The notes beneath the pieces are model-generated. The model saw nothing but the letters and a program-made list of their open reading frames with translations, was not told the DNA's origin and did not search any database. DNA of 64,000 nucleotides, from assembly GCA_965223545.1 (NCBI GenBank), contig OZ245006.1, positions 5,248,001-5,312,000 of the forward strand. The letters run 5' to 3'. Below are positions 39,972 to 53,734 of this stretch, piece by piece; the stretch's first letter is position 1; each line of letters opens with the position of its first letter. The translations under genes were made by a program, and so were the position numbers. The DNA is from Planctomycetota bacterium. GTDB lineage: Bacteria > Planctomycetota > UBA1135 > UBA2386.

Positions 39972-40904
39972 TCAGTCGCGAGCGGGTGACCGCGGTGCGG
40001 GCTGCGCCAGGCTCGGCAGCTTGTCGAAGCGCAGATACAGGCTGGACACCGCCACCGCGGCAGTGGGCGCGAGGAGCAGTAGGTTGAAGAACGGCGTCAG
40101 CAGCGCGACCTGGAAGGCGAGTCCGAAGCCGAGCGCGCGCGGCCAGTTGCGGCGCACGGTGCGCACGCGTTGCTCGATGCTCGCTCCGCGGCGGGCGAAC
40201 GGCAGCTCGAACCACAGCAGTGCGTTGAGGAACGCGCTCGCGCAGAGCGCGACCGCCAGCCCGAGGTGGCAGAATGAGAGCAGCACGCAAGGCACCAGCA
40301 CGACCAGCTGCATCGCCAGGACCTGCGCAGAGGCCCGGACGTTGGCGGTGATGCCGGTCAGACCGCGCGGCGCCGCGGAGGCGGTGCTGCCGATCCCCAT
40401 CGAGCGCTCGACGGCCTCGGCCAGCGGCTCGAGGAACGGCGCGGTCAGCGTCTGCAGCACCGCCGGCACGATCAGCACGGCGAGCACGACGGTGAGGACG
40501 AACGGCTGGGTGCCGCGCGCGAAGCCGAGGCTGTCGCGCGCAGGCTCCAGCCACCCCCAGTCGCTGGCCGCCAGCCAATGCGCCAGCGGCACCAGTCCCC
40601 ACCAGACGCCGGCGGCGATGACCGCCATCGCCGCCGCGTTGGTGGCGCCCGCCGCTCCGAGTCGGCCGAAGAACTCCGGCCGGGTCAGCAGCCGAATGGC
40701 GGACAGCCAGAACTCGGCGAATCCCTGCACCAGGTCGAGCGGGGCGAGCCGCCGGCCCGGCCGCACCGGGGGGCCGAGCGGTGTCTCCAGAACCTGCCCG
40801 CCACAACGCGCGCAGGGCGCCGGGCCGCGGGGATAGCCGCACGCCAGGCAGGGTGGATCGCCTGGAGCGGGCTCTGGGTCCGGGGTTCGTTCCGCGGTCG
40901 CCAC
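39972..40904 (-). CDS. EI24/CysZ-like membrane protein with N-terminal Cys-rich (Zn-ribbon-like) segment
   Basis: CLACG..CARCG, APFLEPLAEAVE, LGFG, PFFNLLL..P.AAVA. Confidence 0.7.
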   Translation of the reverse strand: MATAERTPDPEPAPGDPPCLACGYPRGPAPCARCGGQVLETPLGPPVRPGRRLAPLDLVQGFAEFWLSAIRLLTRPEFFGRLGAAGATNAAAMAVIAAGVWWGLVPLAHWLAASDWGWLEPARDSLGFARGTQPFVLTVVLAVLIVPAVLQTLTAPFLEPLAEAVERSMGIGSTASAAPRGLTGITANVRASAQVLAMQLVVLVPCVLLSFCHLGLAVALCASAFLNALLWFELPFARRGASIEQRVRTVRRNWPRALGFGLAFQVALLTPFFNLLLLAPTAAVAVSSLYLRFDKLPSLAQPAPRSPARD

Positions 40905-41002
40905 GGCGTGGAATGCTACTCGTCGGGTCGGGCTGGCACGGCTTCCTTCCGACCGTTGGCTTCCCTATCCTGCGCTCCTTTTTCTGTTCACGGTCGTTAC
41001 GA

Positions 41003-42169
41003 ATGAATCGGTTCAAGGGCGTCGACTTCTATCAGCTGGACGAGCTGTACACCGACGAAGAGAAGATGGTGCGGGACACCGTCCGCGAGTGGGTGGACGC
41101 GGAGTTCATGCCGATCATCGAGGAGCACAACCGCGAGGGTCGGTTCCCGTCCCACTTGGTGCCGCAACTCGGCGAGCTCGGTACGCTCGGTGCCAGCTTG
41201 GTCGGCTACGAGTGCGCGGGGTTGTCGCCGACTGCCTACGGGCTGATCTTGCAGGAGCTCGAGCGCGGCGACTCCGGGCTGCGGTCGTTCGTCTCGGTGC
41301 AGGGCTCGCTGTGCATGTGGCCGATCTACACGTACGGCAGTGAGGAGCAGAAGCAGAAGTACCTGCCGAGCATGGCCAAGGGCGAGCTGATCGGCTGCTT
41401 CGGCTTGACCGAAGCCGACTACGGCAGCAACCCGGGCGGAATGATCACGCGCGCTGTCGAAGATGGTGACAGCTACGTCTTGAACGGATCGAAGTACTGG
41501 ATCACCAGTGGCAACGTCGCGCAGGTCGCGGTGGTCTGGGCCAAGCTCGATGGCGAGATCCGCGGCTTCCTGGTGGACACCGACACCAAGGGCTTCTCCG
41601 CCAACGAGATCAAGAACAAGTTCTCACTGCGCGCGTCGGTGACCAGCGAGTTGGTGTTGGAAGACTGCCGCGTGCCGAAGAGCGCGATCCTGCCCGGTGC
41701 GGTCGGCCTCAAGGGACCGCTGTCGTGCCTCAACCAGGCGCGCTACGGCATCGCTTTCGGTGTCGTCGGCGCCGCCATGGCGGTCTACGACGAGGCGCTC
41801 CGTTACGCCAAGATGCGGATTCAGTTCGATCGTCCGATCGCCCGCTTCCAGCTGGTGCAGGACAAGCTCGTCTGGATGGTGAACGAAATCACCAAAGCGC
41901 AGATGCTGTGTTGGCGGCTCGGGCGCCTGAAGGAGTCCGGACAGCTGCACCACAGCCACGTCTCCTTGGCCAAGCGGAACAACTGCTGGATGGCGCTGGA
42001 GATCTGCCGCAAGGCGCGCGATGTGCTGGGCGCCAACGGCATCACCGACGAGTACCAGACGTTCCGCCACATGTGCAACCTCGAGTCGGTGATCACTTAC
42101 GAGGGAACGCACGACATCCACGCGCTGATCATCGGCAAGCAGATCACCGGCGAAGACGCGGTGACGTGA
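41003..42169 (+). CDS. gcdH: Glutaryl-CoA dehydrogenase-like acyl-CoA dehydrogenase
   Basis: ELERGDSGLRSFVSVQGSL, GCFGLTE, KFSLRASVT, RYGIAFG, ITYEGTHDIH. Confidence 0.88.
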   Translation: MNRFKGVDFYQLDELYTDEEKMVRDTVREWVDAEFMPIIEEHNREGRFPSHLVPQLGELGTLGASLVGYECAGLSPTAYGLILQELERGDSGLRSFVSVQGSLCMWPIYTYGSEEQKQKYLPSMAKGELIGCFGLTEADYGSNPGGMITRAVEDGDSYVLNGSKYWITSGNVAQVAVVWAKLDGEIRGFLVDTDTKGFSANEIKNKFSLRASVTSELVLEDCRVPKSAILPGAVGLKGPLSCLNQARYGIAFGVVGAAMAVYDEALRYAKMRIQFDRPIARFQLVQDKLVWMVNEITKAQMLCWRLGRLKESGQLHHSHVSLAKRNNCWMALEICRKARDVLGANGITDEYQTFRHMCNLESVITYEGTHDIHALIIGKQITGEDAVT

Positions 42170-42203
42170 GTCCGCGTCTTCCGTAGCGAGGGCTGCAGCG
42201 CCA

Positions 42204-43256
42204 ATGCGTGTATTCGTGCTCGGTGGTCTCGGGTTCACCGGCCAGCGCGTTGTGCGTGCGCTGCGCGCCGTCGATGGCGTCGAGGTCGCGATCGGCTCGC
42301 GCGATGGCCGCGACGGCACGACCGCCTGTGACATCCTCGACTCGGCCTCGCGCCCGGCGATGCACGGGTTCGACGCGGTCGTCGACTGCACCGATGGCCG
42401 GGCGGCGCCGCCCGCCAAGGCCGCCGAGTTCTGCCTGCTGTCGGGCATTCACTATTGGTCGCTGGCCGCCGATCCACGCGTGGTCGAGGAGCTGTGGCTC
42501 GCGGCGCGCGCAGTGCCCGACCCGACCGGCAGCGCCATCCTCGGGGTCGGTGTGTTCCCCGGCCTTTCGACGTTGCTCGCGGCAGCGGTTGCGGCCGGCG
42601 GCCCGCCACCGCGGCGGCTGGAGGTGGGTGTCCGCTACAGCCCGTGGTCGCAGGCGGGCGACGGCGTCTGCGCGCTGATGGCAGCCTCGTTGGCCGAGCC
42701 GGCGGTGCGCTACGAGGAAGGCGAGCGAGTGCAGGACCCGCCGTTGACCGTCGGTGGCCGCTTTCGTTTCCACGGCCAGGAGTTCCACGCGCTCGGTGTG
42801 GGCCTGCCGGATGCCCTCTTGGCGCACTGGGGGCCGGGGGCGCCGAGCACCGGCTCGCTGGTCGTGCCGCGCCCCGGCCTGCCGGTCACGGTGCAGCGCC
42901 TACTCGCCCTGTTCGGCCCGTGGCCTCTGCTGCGCTTTGCCCCTACCCGATGGCTGGTCGGGCGTGCGCTGTGGCTGGTGCGCGGCGTGGCGCTGCGCTG
43001 GCGCGCCGTGCCGGTCGAGTTGGCCGCGGTCGCCGACCGCGGCGCCGAGACCCCCCGCGCCGGCTGGCTCCGGGTCAGCGACGGCTTCGCCGCCGCCGGC
43101 TGGATGGTCGCCGCCGCCATCGCGCAGACCAAGGCCGCGCCGCCGCCCCCCGGCGTCCACACCATCGACCGGATCCTGCGCCTCGACGACACCATCACTC
43201 GCATGCGATCCCTCGCCGGCGACACCCTCCACCTCGACCTCACCACCGACGCGTAA
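42204..43256 (+). CDS. Saccharopine dehydrogenase-like NAD(P)-binding oxidoreductase
   Basis: Rossmann VFVLGGLGFTG, GVGVFPGLS, PPGVH C-terminal motif. Confidence 0.65.
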   Translation: MRVFVLGGLGFTGQRVVRALRAVDGVEVAIGSRDGRDGTTACDILDSASRPAMHGFDAVVDCTDGRAAPPAKAAEFCLLSGIHYWSLAADPRVVEELWLAARAVPDPTGSAILGVGVFPGLSTLLAAAVAAGGPPPRRLEVGVRYSPWSQAGDGVCALMAASLAEPAVRYEEGERVQDPPLTVGGRFRFHGQEFHALGVGLPDALLAHWGPGAPSTGSLVVPRPGLPVTVQRLLALFGPWPLLRFAPTRWLVGRALWLVRGVALRWRAVPVELAAVADRGAETPRAGWLRVSDGFAAAGWMVAAAIAQTKAAPPPPGVHTIDRILRLDDTITRMRSLAGDTLHLDLTTDA

Positions 43257-43284
43257 GTACGGAGTCCGGCTCGATTCTCTCGCT
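43257..43284 (+). repeat. REP-like element immediately after stop codon
   Basis: gtacggagtccggctcgattctctcgct. Confidence 0.6.
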
Positions 43285-43304
43285 TCGCCCGATTTGCCCG
43301 TTGG

Positions 43305-45971
<2,667 letters not shown>

Positions 45972-45975
<4 letters not shown>

Positions 45976-46544
45976 CGCTGCCCCAGCTTGCGCAGGGCTT
46001 CCGCCCGCTTTTTTTGCGCTCGGTCGCGCTCGGCCTCGAAGTGCTCGGCGGGGAGGTTGTTGATCGCCTGGAACGACAGCGTCGTGTTGTAGACCTGCTG
46101 GAAGGCCGCCACGCAGCCGTTGAACGCGGTGATGTCGGCGACGTCGCTGCTGCCGTCCTGTCGCGTGCGCACCCACTCGCTGCCGTTGATGCGCAGCGCG
46201 AGCTGCGCCTTCGGGCGGCCCTGCGCCGCCGCCGAAGCGCGGTCGAAGAACTGCAGCTGATCCCACGCCGCGATCAGGCGGTTGAAGTCGTCCTGCGGCG
46301 CGTACTTCAGGTTGGCCGGTCGCTGCGCCGCCGCCGAGGCCTCGGCGAAGTCGGTGTTGCGGAGCGATAGAGTGACGACCCCGTCGGTGTAGACCGCCTC
46401 GACCCGAGGCGGCGCCTGCTGCTCGAGAGCGTGGCTCACCGAGTTCGGCAGCCGGCGCTCGATCGCGGCGGCATCCGCGGTGTCCGGAGAAGCGCAGCCC
46501 GCCGCCAGCGCGGCGGCCGCGAAGACTGTGGAAAGAGTGCGCAA
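45972..46544 (-). CDS. Putative lipoprotein
   Basis: Signal peptide with lipobox LAAGC. Confidence 0.7.
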
Positions 46545-46634
46545 GGCGGCGATCCTAGCGGTGCCCGTCGATCAGCTCCACCCACTTGCCGTGCCCCGGC
46601 GGCCGCCCGCGCGGGTCGAAACACAACCTGAGGC

Positions 46635-46663
46635 GTGACATGGGCTACCGGCATCCGTACCAT
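46635..46663 (+). promoter_or_regulatory. Candidate sigma70 promoter for LysM gene
   Basis: gTGACA-17 nt-TACCAT. Confidence 0.45.
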
Positions 46664-46777
46664 GGGGGTTCAGCCGACGGGCGCGGCAGCGCGCGGCGGC
46701 AACGACAGTGCGGAATTCCGCGGGCGGCGGACCGCACCACGAGGCCTTGCCCCCGGGAAACGCTCGGGAGGGATCTG

Positions 46778-47590
46778 ATGAAGCGCAACGAGTCCATCTT
46801 GGTCTACGGTGTGACCGGGCTTTTGGTCGTGATCCTCGTCGTCGCCGTGGTGTTCGGCGAGGAGGCCACGCCCGCCCTCGCCGGCGGCGGTGACCCGTCG
46901 ACCGCGGCGGTCGATCTGGAGCAGGTGCTGGATTTCAACCCGGTGCAGGCGCTCGAGGGCGCCGGTGATCCCGAGGGCGAGAACGCCGCGCCGGAGTCGG
47001 GCGATGTGGACGGTGATGGCCCCCCAGTGGGCGGGGAGACCGGCGACGACGGCACGGTCGTCGACGACGGCGTGATCATCAGCCCGGATGGCTTCGCCGG
47101 CGTGCAGGCACCGCCGTCGGCCGAGCAGAACGCGCAGCTCGCGGAGACTTCCGAGCGACAGCGCGAGGCGGCCCTCACCCGGCGGGTCGGCGACTTCCGC
47201 GAGGTCACCGTCCGGCCCGGCGACACGTTCTCGGCGCTGGTGCTGCGCTGGTGTGGCAGCCTGGACCACCTGGGGATGGCCGAGGCGCTCAACGAGGATC
47301 TCGACTACGACCGGATGCCCACCGGCCGGGTCGTGCTGCTGCCGTGGGTCGACGACCAGCAGCTCTTGGCGTTGCGCGTCGACCATCGAGTGGCCGGCAC
47401 CAAGCTCGATCCGGACACCGGCCAGAGCTACCGGCTGCAGGCCGGTGACAACCTCTGGAAGATCGCGCTGCAGAAGACCGGTACTGACCGTGCCGCAGCG
47501 GGTTACGTGCGGCGGATCCTCGACCTCAACCCGGGGATCGTGCCCGAGAAGCTGCGCGAGGGGCAGGAGATTCGGCTGCCGCAGAACTGA
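46778..47590 (+). CDS. Membrane-anchored protein with two LysM domains
   Basis: N-terminal TM, acidic linker, VTVRPGDTFSAL and YRLQAGDNLWKIA...LNP....L..GQEIRLP. Confidence 0.85.
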   Translation: MKRNESILVYGVTGLLVVILVVAVVFGEEATPALAGGGDPSTAAVDLEQVLDFNPVQALEGAGDPEGENAAPESGDVDGDGPPVGGETGDDGTVVDDGVIISPDGFAGVQAPPSAEQNAQLAETSERQREAALTRRVGDFREVTVRPGDTFSALVLRWCGSLDHLGMAEALNEDLDYDRMPTGRVVLLPWVDDQQLLALRVDHRVAGTKLDPDTGQSYRLQAGDNLWKIALQKTGTDRAAAGYVRRILDLNPGIVPEKLREGQEIRLPQN

Positions 47591-47617
47591 CGCTGCGCAG
47601 CGCCAGGAGCTGCGGTC

Positions 47618-48973
<1,356 letters not shown>

Positions 48974-49124
48974 GCGCGGATGGTAGCGCCGCGCAACCCG
49001 CGCTCCCACCGGGCGCCCGGCTCCGGCGAGGGGGGCTGAGCGGTTCTGGCGACGGATTCTCCGCGGCGGCGAGGTATGCTTCGCCGAAGCTACGCCCCCG
49101 TCCGGTGCCGGTTTCTCCGCCGCC

Positions 49125-49152
49125 TTGACGGGAGCGAGCCTAACCCTAGGAT
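49125..49152 (+). promoter_or_regulatory. Candidate sigma70 promoter for HEAT-repeat gene
   Basis: TTGACG-16 nt-TAGGAT. Confidence 0.45.
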
Positions 49153-49298
49153 GGCGCGACTCTTGCCCCAGCCGATGCCCGTTCGGTGGGGCGGACGGCC
49201 CTAGCCCTCCAGGGCCACGCAACAACCCTTGTAAGCCTCTCCCTCGCACTCAGCCCTGCCCCGGGCAGGGATGCACCTCCCCAAGGAGCTCCGTTCAA

Positions 49299-51416
49299 AT
49301 GGCTCGTGTTTTTGCCAAGTCGCTCACCGGTATCGCAGCGGCGCTCGTGACCACCACTCTCGCCTCGGCGCAGAACGACGCGTTCGCCGAGGGCGTCAAG
49401 GCCTACCGGCTCGGTGAGCTCGAGCAGGCCAAGCAGAAGTTCGAGGAAGTGCTAGCGGCCGATCCCAGCCACGAGGACGCCTTCGATCTGTATCGCAAGA
49501 CGGACGCCGCGGTGTGGCAGGCGCTGTTGTTGGAGCAGGACGGCGGCATCAATCAGTTCGCGCGCCACATGCTCGAGCTCGCCAAGGTCGGTCGCTCCGA
49601 GCGCTCGCGCGACGCGGATGCGATCGCGGCGCTCGTCGAGCAGGCGACGGACGAAGCTGCGGACTTCCAGACGCGCTATCAGGCGGTGCTGAAGCTGCGT
49701 GGCGACCACGCCGAGTTCGCCGTGCCGGCGCTGGCGCGGGTATTGGGCGACGCCGATGCGGACAAGGGCCAGATCGCCGCGCAGGCGGCGCTGGTGGAGA
49801 TCGGCCGTGACGCGACGCCGGCGCTGATCGAGCTGCTGCGCAGCGACAACGACCTGTTGCGCCGCAACGTGGTCGCCGTGCTGGGCAACATCAAGGACGA
49901 GCGCGCGGTGCCGGCGTTGCAGCACGTCGCCGCCACCGACAGCAGTGATGTGATCCGCGAGACCGCGGCGACGGTCGTGGACCGCATGGGTGCGAGCGGC
50001 AACGCGTTGAGCAGCTTCTTGCGTCAGGCCGAGGGTTACTTGAGCGACAGCGGCGTGCGCGATGACGACCGCTCGCCCGTGACCTGGAGCTTCGGCGATG
50101 GCGAGCTGGCCGCGCACGACGTGCCCGCGGTGCTCTACAACTTCGAGCTGGCCAAGAAGGCCGCGCACGACGCGTTGGCCATCGCCCCGGACAGCGAAGA
50201 GGCGCAGACGCTGCTGGCGCGCGCCTACCTCGGGCAGGCCGCGGCGATTCGCGAGTCGTTGGCGAGCAACCCCGACGACGAGGCACTGGCTGGATTCGGC
50301 GGGCAAGTCGCCGGTTTGGTCAACACCGCCGCGGCGACCGGCGTCGACGTCGTCCGCCGCGCCGTCAACGACTCGATCGCGGGCGGCATGGGGCCGGTGG
50401 CGGTCGCCGGCATCGAGCTGCTCGGCCAGATGGAGAGCCGCGATGACCTGGACGGCTCGCCGCTCGTCGCCGCTGTTTCCAGCCCGAACAAGGAAGTGTC
50501 GTACGCCGCCGCCCTCGCCCTGGCCAAGGTCGGTGGCGCCGGAGTGCCGGCCGCCGGCAACGTGGTCGACAAGCTGGCGCAAGCGGTGGGCGAGAAGGCG
50601 GTGCTCAACATCCGCGTGATCGACTCCAACCCGGTGACGCAGTCCGCGGTGATGGAAGCCAGCCTGCCGCGCGGCACGCGCGTCGACGTCGCCGATTCGG
50701 CGGTCGCCGCGATGAACGAGATGTACCGCTTCCCCAACGTCGACGTGGTCGTGCTCAGCGAGAACACGTCCGACGCCTTGCCCGAGGCGATCATCGGCTT
50801 GATCCGCAAGCACAACGACATGGCCAAGGCGAAGATCTTGGTCATCGCCGAGGACGTCGACGCCGCCACCGAGCGCTTCGGCGACCGCATCGACGGCGCG
50901 ATCCAAGGCCCGGTCTCGGCGGACTCGGTGCGCGACGCCGTCAACTCCGCGCTCGAAGGTGTCGAGCTCGACGCGACCCAGCAGCGCGCGGCGCGCGCGG
51001 CGGTGGCCGCCAGCACGGCGCTGCAGAGCCTGGCCCGTGACAAGGTCGACATCAGCGGCGCCCTGGTGAGCCTGGCACAGCAGCTGACCCGCGAGGACGC
51101 GGTGGCGGTGCCGGCGGCGCAGGCCATCGGACACGGCGGTGGTGTCGAGGACGCCACGGCGCTGCTCGCCGCGATCCGCGGCGAGGGCAGCGACGACCTC
51201 AAGGTCGCGTGCGCCGAAGCGATCGGCAACATTCTCGGCCGCACTCCGGCGGCGCCGCAGGATCTGTTCGGCGCGCTCGTCGAGGTCGCGACCGGCGACG
51301 CGGAAGCCGGCCTCAGGGCGGCCACCGTGCGCGCGTTGGGCAAGGCCAAGGTCGATGCCCAGAGCAAGGCGAAGCTGATCGAAGCCCTGCGCGTGCGGCC
51401 GTCGGTGGACTCCTGA
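49299..51416 (+). CDS. Secreted TPR/HEAT-repeat protein with embedded receiver-like domain
   Basis: Signal peptide (ASA|Q), HEAT repeats (ATPALIELL..RRNVVAVLGNI), REC-like beta/alpha segment; AAGGAG RBS. Confidence 0.72.
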   Translation: MARVFAKSLTGIAAALVTTTLASAQNDAFAEGVKAYRLGELEQAKQKFEEVLAADPSHEDAFDLYRKTDAAVWQALLLEQDGGINQFARHMLELAKVGRSERSRDADAIAALVEQATDEAADFQTRYQAVLKLRGDHAEFAVPALARVLGDADADKGQIAAQAALVEIGRDATPALIELLRSDNDLLRRNVVAVLGNIKDERAVPALQHVAATDSSDVIRETAATVVDRMGASGNALSSFLRQAEGYLSDSGVRDDDRSPVTWSFGDGELAAHDVPAVLYNFELAKKAAHDALAIAPDSEEAQTLLARAYLGQAAAIRESLASNPDDEALAGFGGQVAGLVNTAAATGVDVVRRAVNDSIAGGMGPVAVAGIELLGQMESRDDLDGSPLVAAVSSPNKEVSYAAALALAKVGGAGVPAAGNVVDKLAQAVGEKAVLNIRVIDSNPVTQSAVMEASLPRGTRVDVADSAVAAMNEMYRFPNVDVVVLSENTSDALPEAIIGLIRKHNDMAKAKILVIAEDVDAATERFGDRIDGAIQGPVSADSVRDAVNSALEGVELDATQQRAARAAVAASTALQSLARDKVDISGALVSLAQQLTREDAVAVPAAQAIGHGGGVEDATALLAAIRGEGSDDLKVACAEAIGNILGRTPAAPQDLFGALVEVATGDAEAGLRAATVRALGKAKVDAQSKAKLIEALRVRPSVDS

Positions 51417-51518
51417 TCGCGGCGAATCTTCGCCAAGCGTTCTTGGCTGCGCCGGGGCGCGTCGGTAACTTGCCGGCGCGCCCCGGCGCCGTTTCGGGCG
51501 GGCGGGGAGCCAACGGCT

Positions 51519-51593
51519 GCCTGAGTAGCTCAGCGGTAGAGCAACGCTTTCGTAAAGCGTAGGTCGTGAGTTCGATTCTCACCTCAGGCTCCA
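51519..51593 (+). tRNA. tRNA-Thr(CGT)
   Basis: Acceptor GCCTGAG/CTCAGGC, D-arm, anticodon stem acgct-ttCGTaa-agcgt, T-loop GTTCGATTC, encoded CCA. Confidence 0.96.
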
Positions 51594-51596
51594 ACG

Positions 51597-51995
51597 CTGC
51601 GCTGAGCCTCCGGCGCCTCGAATCTTCGAGCTTCGACAACATTCTCGAGGCGACGCCGCTGCCATGGCGACGTCGCCGCGGCGCCGGAGGCTCGGAGAGA
51701 CAGTGCCTCCTGGCTCAGCGCGGCGGCGGATGGGTCGGACGTTCCAAACCGCTCCGGGAAAAGCGGCATCCGAGTTTGGTTGCGGCCGTGGCCGCGCTGA
51801 GCCTCGGGGTCCGCAGCTCTTCGCGCGGCGACAACCTTTCGGAAGGCTCGATGCCGCTGGAACTTCGACAACGCAGCTCCCGGAGGCTCGAAGACAACAC
51901 TGGCCTCTGGGCTCAGCGCGGCCGCCGGCGACCGCGGGACCCGCGACCGACGCTCGGGTCGCGGAATGCTCCGAGTTTGCGGCCGTGGCCGCGCC
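51597..51995. repeat. Degenerate ~200-bp tandem duplication rich in inverted repeats (family 2) downstream of tRNA-Thr
   Basis: Both units share gctgagcctc, cgacaac, ccggaggctcg, ggctcagcgcggc and ccgagttt..gcggccgtggccgcgc in the same order. Confidence 0.7.
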
Positions 51996-52017
51996 GGGTC
52001 CCGTAGCATCTGGCCCG

Positions 52018-52737
52018 ATGCCCGACCCCGTGCCCGCACCGCCCGCGCTTGCCGAGCCCGGCCGCCGCTCCCGCTGGGTCGCCGAAGCGATCGCCACCTT
52101 TGCCTTGGTCTTCGCGGGCACCGGCGCGATCGTCATCGACGCCTCCACCGGCGCCATCGGACACCTCGGGGTGGCGATCACGTTCGGGCTGGTCGTGCTG
52201 GCGATGATCTACGCGGTGGGGGACGTGTCCGGTGCGCACCTCAATCCGGCGGTGAGCATCGCGTTCTGGGCCGCGGGGCGGCTCCCTGCCCGCGAGCTCG
52301 GCGGCTACGTCGCGATGCAGCTGCTCGGCGCGCTGGTGGCTTCCGGTCTGCTGCGCGTCCTGTTTCCGGAGCACGCGACCCTGGGCGCGACCGTCCCCGC
52401 CGGGTCCTACGGTCAGTCGTTCGTCCTCGAGGTGGTGCTGACGTTCTTGCTCATGTTCGTCATCCTCGGCGTCTCGCAAGGGCCCAAGGAACGCGGCTTG
52501 ATCGCCGGCATCGCGGTGGGCGCGACCGTCGGGCTGGAGGCTTTGTTCGCCGGGCCGATCAGTGGTGCTTCGATGAACCCAGCGCGAAGCCTCGCGCCGG
52601 CGCTGGTCGCCGGCCCGCTCGAGCCGCTGTGGATCTACCTCGTGGCCCCGACCCTGGGCGCGCTGCTGGCGGTGCCGCTGTGCCGGTGCGTGCGGGCCGG
52701 CAATTGCTGTGCGCCGGAAGGGATCCCGGCCCGTTGA
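52018..52737 (+). CDS. MIP-family aquaporin/aquaglyceroporin with Cys-rich C-terminus
   Basis: SGAHLNPAVS and SGASMNPARS NPA boxes; tail LCRCVRAGNCC. Confidence 0.92.
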   Translation: MPDPVPAPPALAEPGRRSRWVAEAIATFALVFAGTGAIVIDASTGAIGHLGVAITFGLVVLAMIYAVGDVSGAHLNPAVSIAFWAAGRLPARELGGYVAMQLLGALVASGLLRVLFPEHATLGATVPAGSYGQSFVLEVVLTFLLMFVILGVSQGPKERGLIAGIAVGATVGLEALFAGPISGASMNPARSLAPALVAGPLEPLWIYLVAPTLGALLAVPLCRCVRAGNCCAPEGIPAR

Positions 52738-52850
52738 CGGCGCGACCGATGGTGTGGCAGGACAACATTTCGAAGGGCTCGCGAGTACCGGCGACCGGTT
52801 GTCGCATGCCCGCAGCCCACAAAGTGGAAACAGCTCCGCGAGTGCTCCTC

Positions 52851-53681
52851 ATGTCCGACAGAGCTCATTTCATGGTTCGGTCCCTGCCGTTGATCGCCCT
52901 GCTGATCACGTCTTCCTGCGCCTTCGGTTGGCGCGAGCCCGCCGTGTGGCTCGACGATGAGCAGACGCTGTCGATCGAGCCCGAAGCCGCCTCGTCGCTG
53001 CATTGCGAAACGCACAACGGTTTCGTCGCCGTCTCCGGAACCGGGTCGGCCGCGATCGACGTGCGCGTGTACCGCCGCGGTGGCGGTCGCGATGCTGCGG
53101 ATGCACGGGCTTGTCTGCAGGCGATCCGGGTCTTCAGCCGCCGCGAGGGGGACACCGTTCGGCTCGGCTGGGAGTGGGCGGAGCCGCGGGATCGCGACTG
53201 GGTCGGGATCGTCTCCTTCGACGTCCGCCAGCCGGCTGGATTGTCGCTGGCGGCCCAGACCCACAACGGCGAGATCCGCGTCCGCGACCTGAGCGGTGGC
53301 TCGGATCTATCGACCCACAACGGGGACATCACCGCGCAGGAGTGCGCTGGGCCGGTCAGTGCCGAGACGCACAACGGCGACATCGGCCTGCGCCGCTGCC
53401 GCGGCGTCGTCGCCCTGCAGACGCACAACGGCCGGGTGCGCGCCGAGCTCACCGACGGCCACGTGTCCGGCTCGATCGAGACGCACAACGGGTCCGTGCA
53501 GGTCAAGCTGGCGGAGGCGACCAACACGCGCATCGTGTGCGCGACCCACAACGGCGGCGTCAGCGCGGGGGTCAGCGGCGATCTGATCGCCGCCGGGCGC
53601 AACTTCTTGGTGATGGACCGCGGAACGCCACGCGATCAGCTGCGCATCGAGACCCACAACGGCTCGATCAGCGTGCGCTGA
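52851..53681 (+). CDS. DUF4097 beta-strand-repeat (adhesin-like) lipoprotein
   Basis: Repeated THNG.(I/V) units; lipobox-like ITSSC; alternative start 52872. Confidence 0.78.
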   Translation: MSDRAHFMVRSLPLIALLITSSCAFGWREPAVWLDDEQTLSIEPEAASSLHCETHNGFVAVSGTGSAAIDVRVYRRGGGRDAADARACLQAIRVFSRREGDTVRLGWEWAEPRDRDWVGIVSFDVRQPAGLSLAAQTHNGEIRVRDLSGGSDLSTHNGDITAQECAGPVSAETHNGDIGLRRCRGVVALQTHNGRVRAELTDGHVSGSIETHNGSVQVKLAEATNTRIVCATHNGGVSAGVSGDLIAAGRNFLVMDRGTPRDQLRIETHNGSISVR

Positions 53682-53734
53682 CACTGGATCACCACGGGGC
53701 TCGAGCGCCTTCGTGCCGTTATTCTCGAAGGCCC

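Noticed and set aside
40934..40950. Sigma54 promoter upstream of gcdH (TGGCACG)
   Set aside because: The -12 element reads CCTT rather than TTGC.
51594..52017. Integrated element or prophage at tRNA-Thr
   Set aside because: No integrase, no duplicated tRNA 3' end and no compositional shift seen.
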